Origin: Chloroflexota bacterium
GTDB lineage: Bacteria; Chloroflexota; Dehalococcoidia; Lucifugimonadales; Australimonadaceae
NCBI GenBank assembly: GCA_028874795.1
Contig: JAPPHT010000008.1
Location: 149,181-213,180, forward strand
Reading direction: 5' to 3'
Length of the DNA stretch: 64,000 nt
Shown in pieces: positions 41,376-49,530 of the stretch (position 1 is its first letter; each line of letters begins with the position of its first letter). The notes under the pieces were generated by a model, which saw only the letters and a list, made by a program, of their open reading frames with translations, was not told the DNA's origin and made no database searches. The position numbers and the translations under genes were made by a program.

Positions 41376-44171
41376 TCACGGCTGCAGGGCCAGCCAGCGG
41401 CCCACCGCGGGCGCCAGCTCGTCGAAGCGTCCCTTGACGATGGTGGCGGGCGGCATCGAGTTCAGGAACATGCGCCCGTAGAACTTCGACGTGATGCGGC
41501 TGTCCAGCACGACGGCGACGCCGCGGTCCCCCTTGCTGCGGATGAGGCGCCCGAAGCCCTGCCGGAAGCGGAGCACGGCCTGCGGCACCGCGTACTGCAT
41601 GAACGGCTGCTCGTACTGGCCGGAGCGCGCCGCGAAGATCGGCTCCGTCGGCACGTTGAACGGCAGGCGGGCCACGACGAGCACCTTGAGCGTCTCGTTG
41701 CCGACGTCGACGCCCTCCCAGAACGACGCGGTGCCGAGCAGGACGGCGCGGGGCCGGGCGCGGAATCGGGCGAGCAGCTGCTGGGGCGTGCCGTCGACGC
41801 CCTGCGCAAGCACGCCGATGCCCCGCTTCGGCAGCACCCTGCGGAGCCTGGAGGCGGTCGCTCGCACGGCGGCGTGCGAGGTGAAGAGCGCCATCGTGCG
41901 CCCCTCCGCGACGTGGGCGAGGCGCTCCAGCACGCTGGCGACGGCGTCGGTGTAGCGGGGGTCGTTCGGCTCGGGGACGTCGGTGGGCAGGCAGAGCAGG
42001 GCGGCGTTCCGGTAGTCGAACGGCGAGCCGAGGCATACCTCGCCGGGCTCCTCGACGCCGAGCCTCGTGCGGACGTGCGCGAAGCCGCCCGCGACGGTGA
42101 GGGTCGCGCTCGTCAGAACGACGGTCGGCTTCGGCGCGAAGAGCTCCTCGCGCAGGCGCGGTGCGACGTCGAGCGGCGCGCCGTTCAGGGAGAGGTTGTC
42201 GCCGCGTCCCACCCAGTAGACGGTGTCGGCGTCCGGCTGAGAGACGAAGGAGCGTATCTTCTGCCGGGCCTCCGCCTGGTCGACCAGCCACTCGCTCAGC
42301 TCGCCCTTCAACGGCTCCAGGACGGGCGCGGTTTCCGGCGGTAGGCTTTCCATCTCGCGCAGCAGGGCGTCGGCGCGCTCGCTCGCCTCGGCGGCGCTGC
42401 ACTCGAAGCCGTCCCACGCGATGTCGAGCGCCGACCACGCGGGCTGGGCGCGCTCCGACGCGGTGATCCGCAGCTCACCCTCGTCGGACTCGCCCGCGCG
42501 CTGCTCCGCCGTGAACTTCGCGAGCCCCGCGGTGAGCTGCGCCCACTCGTCGCGCACCTTGTAGAGCGGCATCTGCGCCTCCTCGCTGCGGAGCTCGGCG
42601 CTCTCCCTGCGCGACTGCTCGAGCGCGCCGGTGCGCACGAACGTCCCGAAGCCGTGGATGACTCCACCGAGCCGCTCGACGAGGTTCTCGACGGTCGCCT
42701 GCGAGACGCGGAAGCCGAACTGGCGCGTCGCCTCGGCCTCCAGGTTGTGCGCCTCGTCGACGATGAGGTAATCGTAGTCGGGCAGCAGCGAGCCGCTCAC
42801 CTGGAGGTTGGAGAGCAGCAGCGAATGGTTGACGACCAGCAGGTGGGCTGACCCGGCTTCGTCGCGGGCGTGGCGGTAGAAGCACGCGCCCTCCCGCGCG
42901 CCGGTGCACATCGCGAACCCGGTCGCGCTCATGCGGTCCCACGACCCCAGCTCGGCGCCGGACAGCCGAAGCTCCGCGCGGTCGCCGGTGCGCGTCTCGC
43001 GGAGCCAGGCGAGCGTCTTCGCCATCGTGCGTGCGTCGTCGGGCGAGGCGGCGTCGCCGTTCGCCATCGCCTCCCAGCGTCGCAGGCAGAGGTAGTTGGC
43101 CTTGCCCTTGAGCTGGGCGTAGCGGAAGTTGGATACGTCCAGCCCCGGCACGCCGCGCAGCACGTCCAGCAGGTCCGGGATGTCCTTCCCGATCAGCTGC
43201 TCCTGCAGGTTGATCGTGTTCGTGGAGACGACCACGCGCACGTTGTTGCGGAGCGCGAAGAGCACGGCCGGGAGCAGGTAGGCGACCGACTTGCCGATGC
43301 CGGTGCCGCCTTCCACGAGCAGGTGGTGCGGCTCCGCGTCCTGGCTCGTCGAGCCGAAAGCGCGAGCGACGGCTTCCGCCATCTCGGCCTGCTCGCCGCG
43401 CGCCTCATAGCGGCGGAAGCGCTGCGCGAACGGGCCGTCGTTCGCGAGCAGGCGCCGCACCTCGTCCGCCGTCACCGGCTTCGTCGGCTTCGGCATGCCG
43501 AGGCTGCGCGGACGCTCCAACCGGCGCGCGATCTCCTGCGGGTCGATGCCGCCGATGGGTCCGGCGTCGGCCGCCGCGGGCGACTCCGCGAGCGCGAACA
43601 CGAGGTCGGCGAGCGGGCTGTGGGCGCGCGCCAGCAGGTCGGCGAGGCGTCGCAGCAGTCCGGCCCCGAGGCCTCGCGCGCGCTCGACCAGTTCCAGGTA
43701 GACGGCGTACGTGAGGCGCGCGTCGGCAACGGCAGACGGCTCCGGCCCCCTCCCCCTCGATGGGGGACGGTCAGGATGGGGGTGACCCGACGCGGCCACA
43801 CCGAGCCGTCCCGCAAGCTGAACGAGCGAGTCATCGGCGCTCGCGGGCATGAGCAGCTCCGCAAGCTCGCGGACGTCCCAGACGCCCGTGCTGAGCGACG
43901 ACGCCGCGTCCTCGCCGAGCGCGTCAGCGAGCGCGTGCGCGACGATGGGCGACCCGTCCGCGAAACCGGCGAGCGCCGTCATCGCGGAGGCGTCGGCGGC
44001 ATGGAAGGTGTCGAGCTCGCGGCTGCCGTGGCACTTCACGGCGCCGACGGCGGTGACGCGCCCGCGCCGCCGGGTGTGCGCGTCCTCAGTCATGCTCGCG
44101 GCCAGCGCAACGACCGGCGCGTCGAGCGGGTGCACGCTGAGCAGGCGCATGCGGTAGGTGGACTCGGTCAT
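41376..44171 (-). CDS. dinG: DinG/Rad3-type ATP-dependent DNA helicase with a degenerate N-terminal DnaQ-like domain
   Basis: ORF 41376..44279 trimmed to the ATG at 44171. Motifs LLVEGGTGIGKSVAYLLPAV (Walker A), IVDEAHNLE (DEAH), C-terminal FWEGVD…GRLIRS. Confidence 0.85.
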   Translation of the reverse strand: MTESTYRMRLLSVHPLDAPVVALAASMTEDAHTRRRGRVTAVGAVKCHGSRELDTFHAADASAMTALAGFADGSPIVAHALADALGEDAASSLSTGVWDVRELAELLMPASADDSLVQLAGRLGVAASGHPHPDRPPSRGRGPEPSAVADARLTYAVYLELVERARGLGAGLLRRLADLLARAHSPLADLVFALAESPAAADAGPIGGIDPQEIARRLERPRSLGMPKPTKPVTADEVRRLLANDGPFAQRFRRYEARGEQAEMAEAVARAFGSTSQDAEPHHLLVEGGTGIGKSVAYLLPAVLFALRNNVRVVVSTNTINLQEQLIGKDIPDLLDVLRGVPGLDVSNFRYAQLKGKANYLCLRRWEAMANGDAASPDDARTMAKTLAWLRETRTGDRAELRLSGAELGSWDRMSATGFAMCTGAREGACFYRHARDEAGSAHLLVVNHSLLLSNLQVSGSLLPDYDYLIVDEAHNLEAEATRQFGFRVSQATVENLVERLGGVIHGFGTFVRTGALEQSRRESAELRSEEAQMPLYKVRDEWAQLTAGLAKFTAEQRAGESDEGELRITASERAQPAWSALDIAWDGFECSAAEASERADALLREMESLPPETAPVLEPLKGELSEWLVDQAEARQKIRSFVSQPDADTVYWVGRGDNLSLNGAPLDVAPRLREELFAPKPTVVLTSATLTVAGGFAHVRTRLGVEEPGEVCLGSPFDYRNAALLCLPTDVPEPNDPRYTDAVASVLERLAHVAEGRTMALFTSHAAVRATASRLRRVLPKRGIGVLAQGVDGTPQQLLARFRARPRAVLLGTASFWEGVDVGNETLKVLVVARLPFNVPTEPIFAARSGQYEQPFMQYAVPQAVLRFRQGFGRLIRSKGDRGVAVVLDSRITSKFYGRMFLNSMPPATIVKGRFDELAPAVGRWLALQP
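43745..43787. repeat. Intragenic copy of the intergenic hairpin repeat, in frame within dinG
   Basis: CCCCCTCCCCCTCGATGGGGGACGGTCAGGATGGGGGTGACCC closely resembles 52521-52563 and the reverse complement of 47479-47521. It encodes GHPHPDRPPSRGRGPEP in DinG. Confidence 0.75.
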
Positions 44172-44233
44172 CGGTTGCACGGTACGGGAGCGCGCGCCCG
44201 TAGCGCAAGCGCGCCGTGACGGGCGCAGGCGTG

Positions 44234-44262
44234 TTGACCACCTGCCCCTGCGCCAGCACAAT
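44234..44262 (+). promoter_or_regulatory. Sigma70-like promoter (TTGACC, 17-nt spacer, CACAAT) for the TenA/PqqC-like gene
   Basis: TTGACC at 44234-44239, 17-nt spacer, CACAAT at 44257-44262. AGGAGG at 44288-44293 precedes the ATG at 44300. Confidence 0.35.
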
Positions 44263-44299
44263 GCAGGCGTCCGCAGCACGTCCGGTCAGGAGGCAGACC

Positions 44300-44977
44300 A
44301 TGAGCACCGACGCTCCCGCGCAGAGATTCGTCGACGAGGTGATCAGCGACATCATCGAGCCCGGCGTCGAGCGGCTGCTGGAGAGCCGCTACTTCGCGGA
44401 CCTGCGCGCGGGCACGCTCACGAAGCGCCGTATGCAGGGGTTCGCCATCCAGCACTACCGTCACAACATGGCCATCCTCAAGGGCTTCGCGCTCCTTGCG
44501 GTGCAGGCCGCGCCCCGCAACGACCTCTTCCGCGTCTACGCGGGCGGGCTCAACGAGGAGATCACCCACCCGGACATGTGCAAGAAGTTCGGCTTCGCGC
44601 TCGGGCTCAACGACGACGACTTCGAGAACGCGTTGCCCGCCTTCGGCTGCCTCGCGCACACCGCGGCCTGCCTGCACGACATGTACCTGGCGACCCCGGC
44701 GCAGATGCGCGCCAACGCGCTCTCCAACGAGACGATGGTGCAGCGGTACTCGACCGAGTTCGACAACCACCTGCGCTCCTACGGCATACCGGAGGAGGCG
44801 ATGGAGTTCTTCATCGTCCACAAGGGCGCGGACATCGAGCACACCGAGCGCGCGGCGAACGCCATAGCGCAGCTCGCGGTCACGGACGAGGAGCAGGAGC
44901 GCGTGCGCGCCGTCTGCCGCAACATGGCGAAGTTCAAGCTCGGCAAGTTCGAGAGCATCTACGACGAGTACGCGTAG
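44300..44977 (+). CDS. TenA/PqqC-like (haem-oxygenase-like fold) iron-containing redox enzyme family protein
   Basis: 225 aa all-helical: …RRMQGFAIQHYRHNMAILKGFALLA…EEITHPDMCKKF…FIVHKGADIEHTERA. Confidence 0.55.
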   Translation: MSTDAPAQRFVDEVISDIIEPGVERLLESRYFADLRAGTLTKRRMQGFAIQHYRHNMAILKGFALLAVQAAPRNDLFRVYAGGLNEEITHPDMCKKFGFALGLNDDDFENALPAFGCLAHTAACLHDMYLATPAQMRANALSNETMVQRYSTEFDNHLRSYGIPEEAMEFFIVHKGADIEHTERAANAIAQLAVTDEEQERVRAVCRNMAKFKLGKFESIYDEYA

Positions 44978-44984
44978 ACCGCGC

Positions 44985-45329
44985 TGCGCGCGGATAGCCT
45001 CGGCGTAGCAGGATCCTTCCCACCCACCCGCCCGGAGCGTTGTGGGGGACACCCCCACGCCCCCGGCGAAGGGGCTTCGCCCCTCTGCACTCCCCATCGG
45101 TCAGGGCGCCCACCAGGGGTGCCCTGTTTTGGCTCCCCTCGCTCACTGGGAGAGGGGCTGGGGGTGAGGGTGAGCCGGCGCGGTGGAACGACCGGTATTG
45201 TCATGTTGAGCGGAGCTGAAGGTGGGGCCTGAAGCGGAGTCGAAACATCTCTCAGGGAGCGTCTGGGTGTGCGTGCGTTTCCCTGAGAGGATTCCGCGCG
45301 CTAAAGCGCGGGCTTCGCTCGGAATGACA
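44985..45329. repeat. Mosaic REP-like repeat region (several hairpin modules)
   Basis: Contains GCGAAGGGGCTTCGCCCCT. CAGGGCGCCC-acca-GGGGTGCCCTG+TTTT (45102-45130). CTCACTGGGAGAGGGGCTGGGGGTGAGGGTGAGCC. The ATTGTCATGTTGAGCGGAGC…GAGTCGAAACATCTCTC module (45197-45252). A GGAATGACATC-type module. Confidence 0.8.
45102..45130 (+). terminator. Hairpin plus T4, candidate terminator for the 44300-44977 gene (also a repeat module)
   Basis: CAGGGCGCCC-acca-GGGGTGCCCTG followed by TTTT. Confidence 0.35.
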
Positions 45330-46010
45330 TCAGGTGACGCGCCTGTAGACGAGGGCGTTGCCGCTCTTGCCAGAGAGCTCGATGACGCCGCCTTCGCGGA
45401 AGCAGTACGCGGCCTGCTGGGCGAGGTCCCGCGACGACCGCATCGCCGTCGCGATGTGGCTGGTCGTGAAGGTTTCGGGGAGGTGGGCGTCGACCAGGGC
45501 GAACAGATCGGCCATCGACTCGAAGGTGTGCGTCTCGACGACGTCCACGAGCCGGCGGTCGACGCGGCTCCAGTCGCGGCCCCACCGGCCCCGGCGTTCC
45601 CTCGGAGTGCGGACCTCCTCCTCAACGGTCATCACGACCTCGAGCGTCAGGTTGGGGTGCGCGAGCAGCGACGGGATGCTGACCAGCGCCGCGAAGACGT
45701 CGAACACCGAGCCGTGCTTCGGCGACCTGCGCCGGGTCGCGGGCAGGGCAGGGTCTTCCGCCGCCCTGACGAGGTAACGGTCCCTGGCGACGGGGTGCAC
45801 GAGCGTCACCGGATGTGCGTCGAGCAGGCGCAGCAGCTTGTTCCTGAGCGGCCCGAAGCTGCCGGTCTGGACCTCTACGATGCGGCCGCCAGCGACCACG
45901 TCTGTCACGAAGCCGTCGACGACGCGCTCGGTCTCGCTTCCGGTGACCGCGTAACGCTCCTTGAGCGCCCGGTGCAAGGATCGTTCGTTGAGTTCGCCGA
46001 TGGAGGTCAT
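45330..46010 (-). CDS. Conserved hypothetical protein, possible PD-(D/E)XK nuclease fold with a C-terminal wHTH-like region
   Basis: 226 aa: GELNERSLHRALKERY…ERVVDGFVTDVVAGGRIVEVQTGSF (D…ExQ/K-like core). The assignment is tentative. Confidence 0.5.
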   Translation of the reverse strand: MTSIGELNERSLHRALKERYAVTGSETERVVDGFVTDVVAGGRIVEVQTGSFGPLRNKLLRLLDAHPVTLVHPVARDRYLVRAAEDPALPATRRRSPKHGSVFDVFAALVSIPSLLAHPNLTLEVVMTVEEEVRTPRERRGRWGRDWSRVDRRLVDVVETHTFESMADLFALVDAHLPETFTTSHIATAMRSSRDLAQQAAYCFREGGVIELSGKSGNALVYRRVT

Positions 46011-46016
46011 GGGACG

Positions 46017-47240
46017 CTACTGCGCCGCCAGCCGCTCCCGCACGAAGCGCTCTGCCTGGGCGCGGGTGCGGACGGCGCCGTCCAGCACAGCGTTGCGGAG
46101 CGTGGCGAGCGTCGCGCCGATCGCGGGACCCTCCGGCATGCCGATGGCGAGGAGGTCGTGGCCGTCGAGCGGGGTGCGGCGGCGGGACATACGAAGATAG
46201 CGTGCGAGGTTCCGTCGGGCTGCCGCGCTCGCCGCTGCTGCTGAGGCGGCCTCCACCGCCTCGCGGGGCGCGTTGCCGACGATGGCCGACACCTCGCTCG
46301 GACGCCGTGCCCGGGTCAGCCCCTGCTCCGCCTCGCGAAGGCTTACGACGGCGCGCACGACCTGCGCCTGGCGGTTGGTCGCGGCGATGCGCTCGCGAAA
46401 GGCGTCGGAGTGCTCAGGGGGCAGGGGATAGGTGAGCGCGCCGAGAAGCGCGAGCCCCCGCAGGCCGCGTGCCCCGGCTCTCCTGAGAGCCGCGCGGACC
46501 TCCGGCGCGGCGAGTCCGGCCTCGACCGCGGGCAGCACGCCGAGCCGCACTGCGGTGAGCAGGGCGCGCGCCGCGTCCTGCTCGGCGAGCAGGCGCTCGA
46601 TCTCACGGCGGACCCTCGCTGCGGAGAGCGCGTCCACATGCGTGAGGTTGCGCCGCAGCTGCCTGCGCGTTGCGCCGTCCATCCGGAACCCGAGTCGTGA
46701 GACGTAGCGCGCCGCGCGAAACAGCCGCGTGGGGTCGTCGCGGAACGAGGCGCGATGCAGGACGCGCACGCCCCCCGCGTTGAGGTCGTCAATGCCGCCT
46801 TCGGCGTCGAGCAACTCGCCGAAACGTCGCGGGTGCAGCGAAGCGGCCATGGCGTTGATGCCGAAATCGCGCCGCGCGAGGTCGTCCGCCATATCCGCAT
46901 GCGCCACGATCACCGGCAGCGAGGCAGGGTAGGGGTAGACCTCGGCGCGGGCGGTGGCGAGATCGATCGTCCTGCGGCCCAGCCGCAGCTTGACCGTGCC
47001 GAACGCCGACCGCGCGCCGCACGTTCCGCCGAGCCGCTCCGCGAGCCGGGGTCCAAGCTCGGCGGCTGGCGCTTCCGACGTGAGGTCGAGGTCGAGCACG
47101 GGACGCCCCAGCAGCGCGTCGCGCACCGGCCCACCGACGAGCCACAGCTCGACGCCCTCGTCCGCTGCCGCATCGCCGAGGCGGCGCAGCAGTGCGAGGT
47201 CGTCGGGAGCGAGCGCGGCGTCGAGCGGTACGAGGGCCAT
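46017..47240 (-). CDS. cca: CCA-adding enzyme / tRNA nucleotidyltransferase (PolyA_pol head domain)
   Basis: LWLVGGPVRDALLGRPVLDLDLT, DLATAR…Y, RRDFGINAMA, RVLHRASFRDDPTRLFRAARY. Confidence 0.85.
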   Translation of the reverse strand: MALVPLDAALAPDDLALLRRLGDAAADEGVELWLVGGPVRDALLGRPVLDLDLTSEAPAAELGPRLAERLGGTCGARSAFGTVKLRLGRRTIDLATARAEVYPYPASLPVIVAHADMADDLARRDFGINAMAASLHPRRFGELLDAEGGIDDLNAGGVRVLHRASFRDDPTRLFRAARYVSRLGFRMDGATRRQLRRNLTHVDALSAARVRREIERLLAEQDAARALLTAVRLGVLPAVEAGLAAPEVRAALRRAGARGLRGLALLGALTYPLPPEHSDAFRERIAATNRQAQVVRAVVSLREAEQGLTRARRPSEVSAIVGNAPREAVEAASAAAASAAARRNLARYLRMSRRRTPLDGHDLLAIGMPEGPAIGATLATLRNAVLDGAVRTRAQAERFVRERLAAQ

Positions 47241-47249
47241 GCGGGAAGG

Positions 47250-47681
47250 GTATCACCGTGGCGTGGGGATTCCGTCATTCCCGCACCGACGGGAATCTAT
47301 GCGACCGCCAGGTCGCACGTGCGCAGCAGCGCACGCGGTGGCGGAGTCGGTGGGATGGGGAAGTCGTGCTGAGTGCGGCGCCCCGCTACACCATCCCTGG
47401 TACGCCCTCACCCTCGCGCAAGCGCGTTTCCCTCTCCCAGGGGGCGAGGGGCCAGACACCCCGTGTCCCAGCCCCGCTGCCGGTTCACCCTCATCCCAAC
47501 CTTCCCCCGTCGAGGGGGAAGGGGCCAGGCGCCCCACTACACCCCCCATCCCCCCACAGAGGGCCCTCACCCCCGCATCAAGTGCGGGGCAGGCTCAAAC
47601 CCTCTCCCCTCAAGGGCGAGGGGACCGGACCCCCCGAGAGATGTTTCGACTCCGCCTCCGGCTCCGCTCAACATGACAATG
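47250..47681. repeat. Mosaic REP-like repeat region (at least five hairpin modules)
   Basis: GATTCCGTCATTCCCGC…GGGAATC. CCCTCACCCTCGCGCAAGCGCG-TTTCCCTCTCCC-aggg-GGCGAGGGG. TTCACCCTCATCCCAACCTTCCCCC-gtcga-GGGGGAAGG. CCCTCACCCCCGCATCAAGTGCGGGG…CCCTCTCCC-ctcaa-GGGCGAGGGG. GAGAGATGTTTCGACTCCGC…CTCAACATGACAAT (47636-47680). Confidence 0.8.
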
Positions 47682-49469
47682 TCATAGGGGCACGATGCGG
47701 ACGCCGTCGTCGTCCACCACGAGCACGACCTCCTCCCCCGGGGCTTCGCGGATGCGCTCCGCCATGGCGGCCGCCTCGTCGTCGGAGAGCGGCGGCGCGC
47801 CCGCGGCGTCCGCGCGGATGCGGCGCTCGATCGTCGTGCCGAGCGCGCGTTCCAGCGCATCGACCAGCCCCATGCCTTCGGCGCTCACGAGCGCCGTGAC
47901 GCGCTTGGGGGGCGCCGGTGGGCGGGACGGCTGCTCTTCCGCGGGCGGCGCTGCCGCCGCGTCCTCGCGGAGGACGAGCCAGTGGTAGACGCTGACTGCT
48001 GCCGCCGTTACCACGACTCCCAGCGCCCACTTGCCGCCGTCCAGCACCTGGGTGGAGAGATCGTTGTTCAGGGCTGCCTCGAGGAAGCCGTAGAGCAGGG
48101 TGATGAGCGAGATGAGCCCCGCGGCGACCGAGACGCCGAACACGGTGAAGAGGTAGGCGCGACGGGAGAGCGAGGTCCGCTCGTCCGCATCGGCCCGCGC
48201 GGCCCCCAGCAGCCGGGGCCAGTGCCAGCCCCAGAGCGCCGCGCCGACGACGAGCAGCGTGACGCCGATGGAGAGCGGCAGGCCCCACCAGCGCTCCCCG
48301 ATGAAGGAGCCCTGGGCGCTCGGCACGGCGAGCCCCACTGCGACCGCGATCAACAGCGTGAGCGAGACCCACAGCGTGCCGAGGCCGATGGCGGCGGAGA
48401 GGTAGCGGTACGCGCGCTGCGCCCGGATGCCTTCTCCGGGCGCAGCGTCGGCCTCGGCAAGGGCGGTGCGCCGGTGGTATGCGGCCACCGCGGCGGTGAC
48501 CAGCAGCACCGCGAACGCCTCCGGTACCGGGTCGAAGTGGTCCAGGGCCGACCTGCCCCGCTCCGGGTCCAGCGGCCACCTGGTGAAGATGACGAGCAGG
48601 GTGGAGAGCGCGCCCGTGGCCGCCGCCGTTCCGCCGAAGACTCCCAGCACGTAGAGCACCGCCTGCCGGATGCCGGAGGCGTCGCCGCGCGCCAGCCACA
48701 GCCAGTGCGTGCCCCACAGCGCCATGCCGACGATGAAGAAGCTCCAGGCTTCCGGCAGGCCGTCCGGGCTGTTGTCGCCGTTGAACGCGGTGTGGTATCC
48801 GGCGTTCAGCAGCGACCCGCCGAGTATCGCGGTCCCGGCGGCCAGGAGGATGAGACCGTAGATGGACAGGGTGTAGACGTAGATCCGCCGCGCGGTTGCG
48901 GCCGCCTCCGAGCGCTGCCCTTCCGCTGACTCGATACGCCAGTGGAAGGCCCACACGCCGGCCCAGACGAGAGGCACGGCGAGGTCGCCCAGGCCGGGCG
49001 AGTGCCGGGCATCCAGCAGGTCGCCGATGAACAGCGTCAGCGAGAACGCGACGGTTATGGCGGCTGCGCCGAGGACGAGATAGACGTAGGCCTTCCGGCC
49101 CAGGGCGCCTGCCTCCGCCGGATGCCGCTCCACAGAGCGTTGCGCCGCGCGCCAGAGGACGGCCCACACTGCGAACCCGACGCCCCCGGCGGCGATGCCG
49201 AAGGCAAGGGCGCTCGTTCCCTCTCCGGCGATCACGTCTCCGGAGACCGCGGTCAGCAAGGCGCCGGTGAGCAGGGCGAGGCCGCTCGCTGCGGTGATGA
49301 GCGCGGCGAACGCGAGGCCGTACAGGAAGATGCGGCGCGTCGTGCCGATGCCGGGGTCGCCCCCTCCGCCCCGCGACCGGAGCGCGAGCGCGACGATGCC
49401 GGCCGCTCCTCCGAGCAAGAGCAGCATCGCAAGGATCGGGATGATGAGGAAGTCGAAGTCGGAAAACAC
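47682..49469 (-). CDS. Polytopic membrane protein built from six ~80-aa two-TM repeats plus a C-terminal soluble domain (DUF5671-like?)
   Basis: Repeat heads RRIFLYGLAF, RKAYVYLVLG, RRIYVYTLSI, QAVLYVLGVF, RAYRYLSAAI, RRAYLFTVFG. Each is followed by a second TM ending in a W/H-rich motif (WAVLWR, WAFHWR, WGTHWLW, AAYHRR, WGWHWP, SVYHWL). Confidence 0.65.
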   Translation of the reverse strand: MFSDFDFLIIPILAMLLLLGGAAGIVALALRSRGGGGDPGIGTTRRIFLYGLAFAALITAASGLALLTGALLTAVSGDVIAGEGTSALAFGIAAGGVGFAVWAVLWRAAQRSVERHPAEAGALGRKAYVYLVLGAAAITVAFSLTLFIGDLLDARHSPGLGDLAVPLVWAGVWAFHWRIESAEGQRSEAAATARRIYVYTLSIYGLILLAAGTAILGGSLLNAGYHTAFNGDNSPDGLPEAWSFFIVGMALWGTHWLWLARGDASGIRQAVLYVLGVFGGTAAATGALSTLLVIFTRWPLDPERGRSALDHFDPVPEAFAVLLVTAAVAAYHRRTALAEADAAPGEGIRAQRAYRYLSAAIGLGTLWVSLTLLIAVAVGLAVPSAQGSFIGERWWGLPLSIGVTLLVVGAALWGWHWPRLLGAARADADERTSLSRRAYLFTVFGVSVAAGLISLITLLYGFLEAALNNDLSTQVLDGGKWALGVVVTAAAVSVYHWLVLREDAAAAPPAEEQPSRPPAPPKRVTALVSAEGMGLVDALERALGTTIERRIRADAAGAPPLSDDEAAAMAERIREAPGEEVVLVVDDDGVRIVPL

Positions 49470-49485
49470 GCTATGGCTCCTATGG

Positions 49486-49530
49486 ACCTCCCCTCTCCCT
49501 GTGGGAGAGGGCTAGGGCGAGGGTTCCTCC
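49486..49530. repeat. Single REP-like hairpin module overlapping the 3' end of the 49512-50027 gene
   Basis: CCTCCCCTCTCCC-tgtg-GGAGAGGGCTAGGGCGAGGGTTCC. Confidence 0.7.

Noticed and set aside
44978-45329. tRNA, tmRNA or small structured RNA genes in the long intergenic regions (also 47241-47681, 52471-52739 and 37778-38117).
   Set aside because: I could not fold any segment into a cloverleaf with a conserved GTTC-type T-loop or D-loop. The hairpins are explained by the repeat modules. A tRNAscan-SE/Infernal run would be needed to exclude small RNAs formally.
45197-47680. Composite transposon or IS element bounded by the inverted module (d) copies.
   Set aside because: There is no transposase, integrase or target-site duplication. 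The enclosed genes are cca and a conserved hypothetical gene. It is kept only as a possible inversion substrate (see findings).
47250-47681. Possible CRISPR array, because of several closely spaced GC-rich palindromic units.
   Set aside because: The units are heterogeneous modules of different sequence and length in mixed orientation, and they lack constant repeat/spacer periodicity. No cas genes are present in the window.
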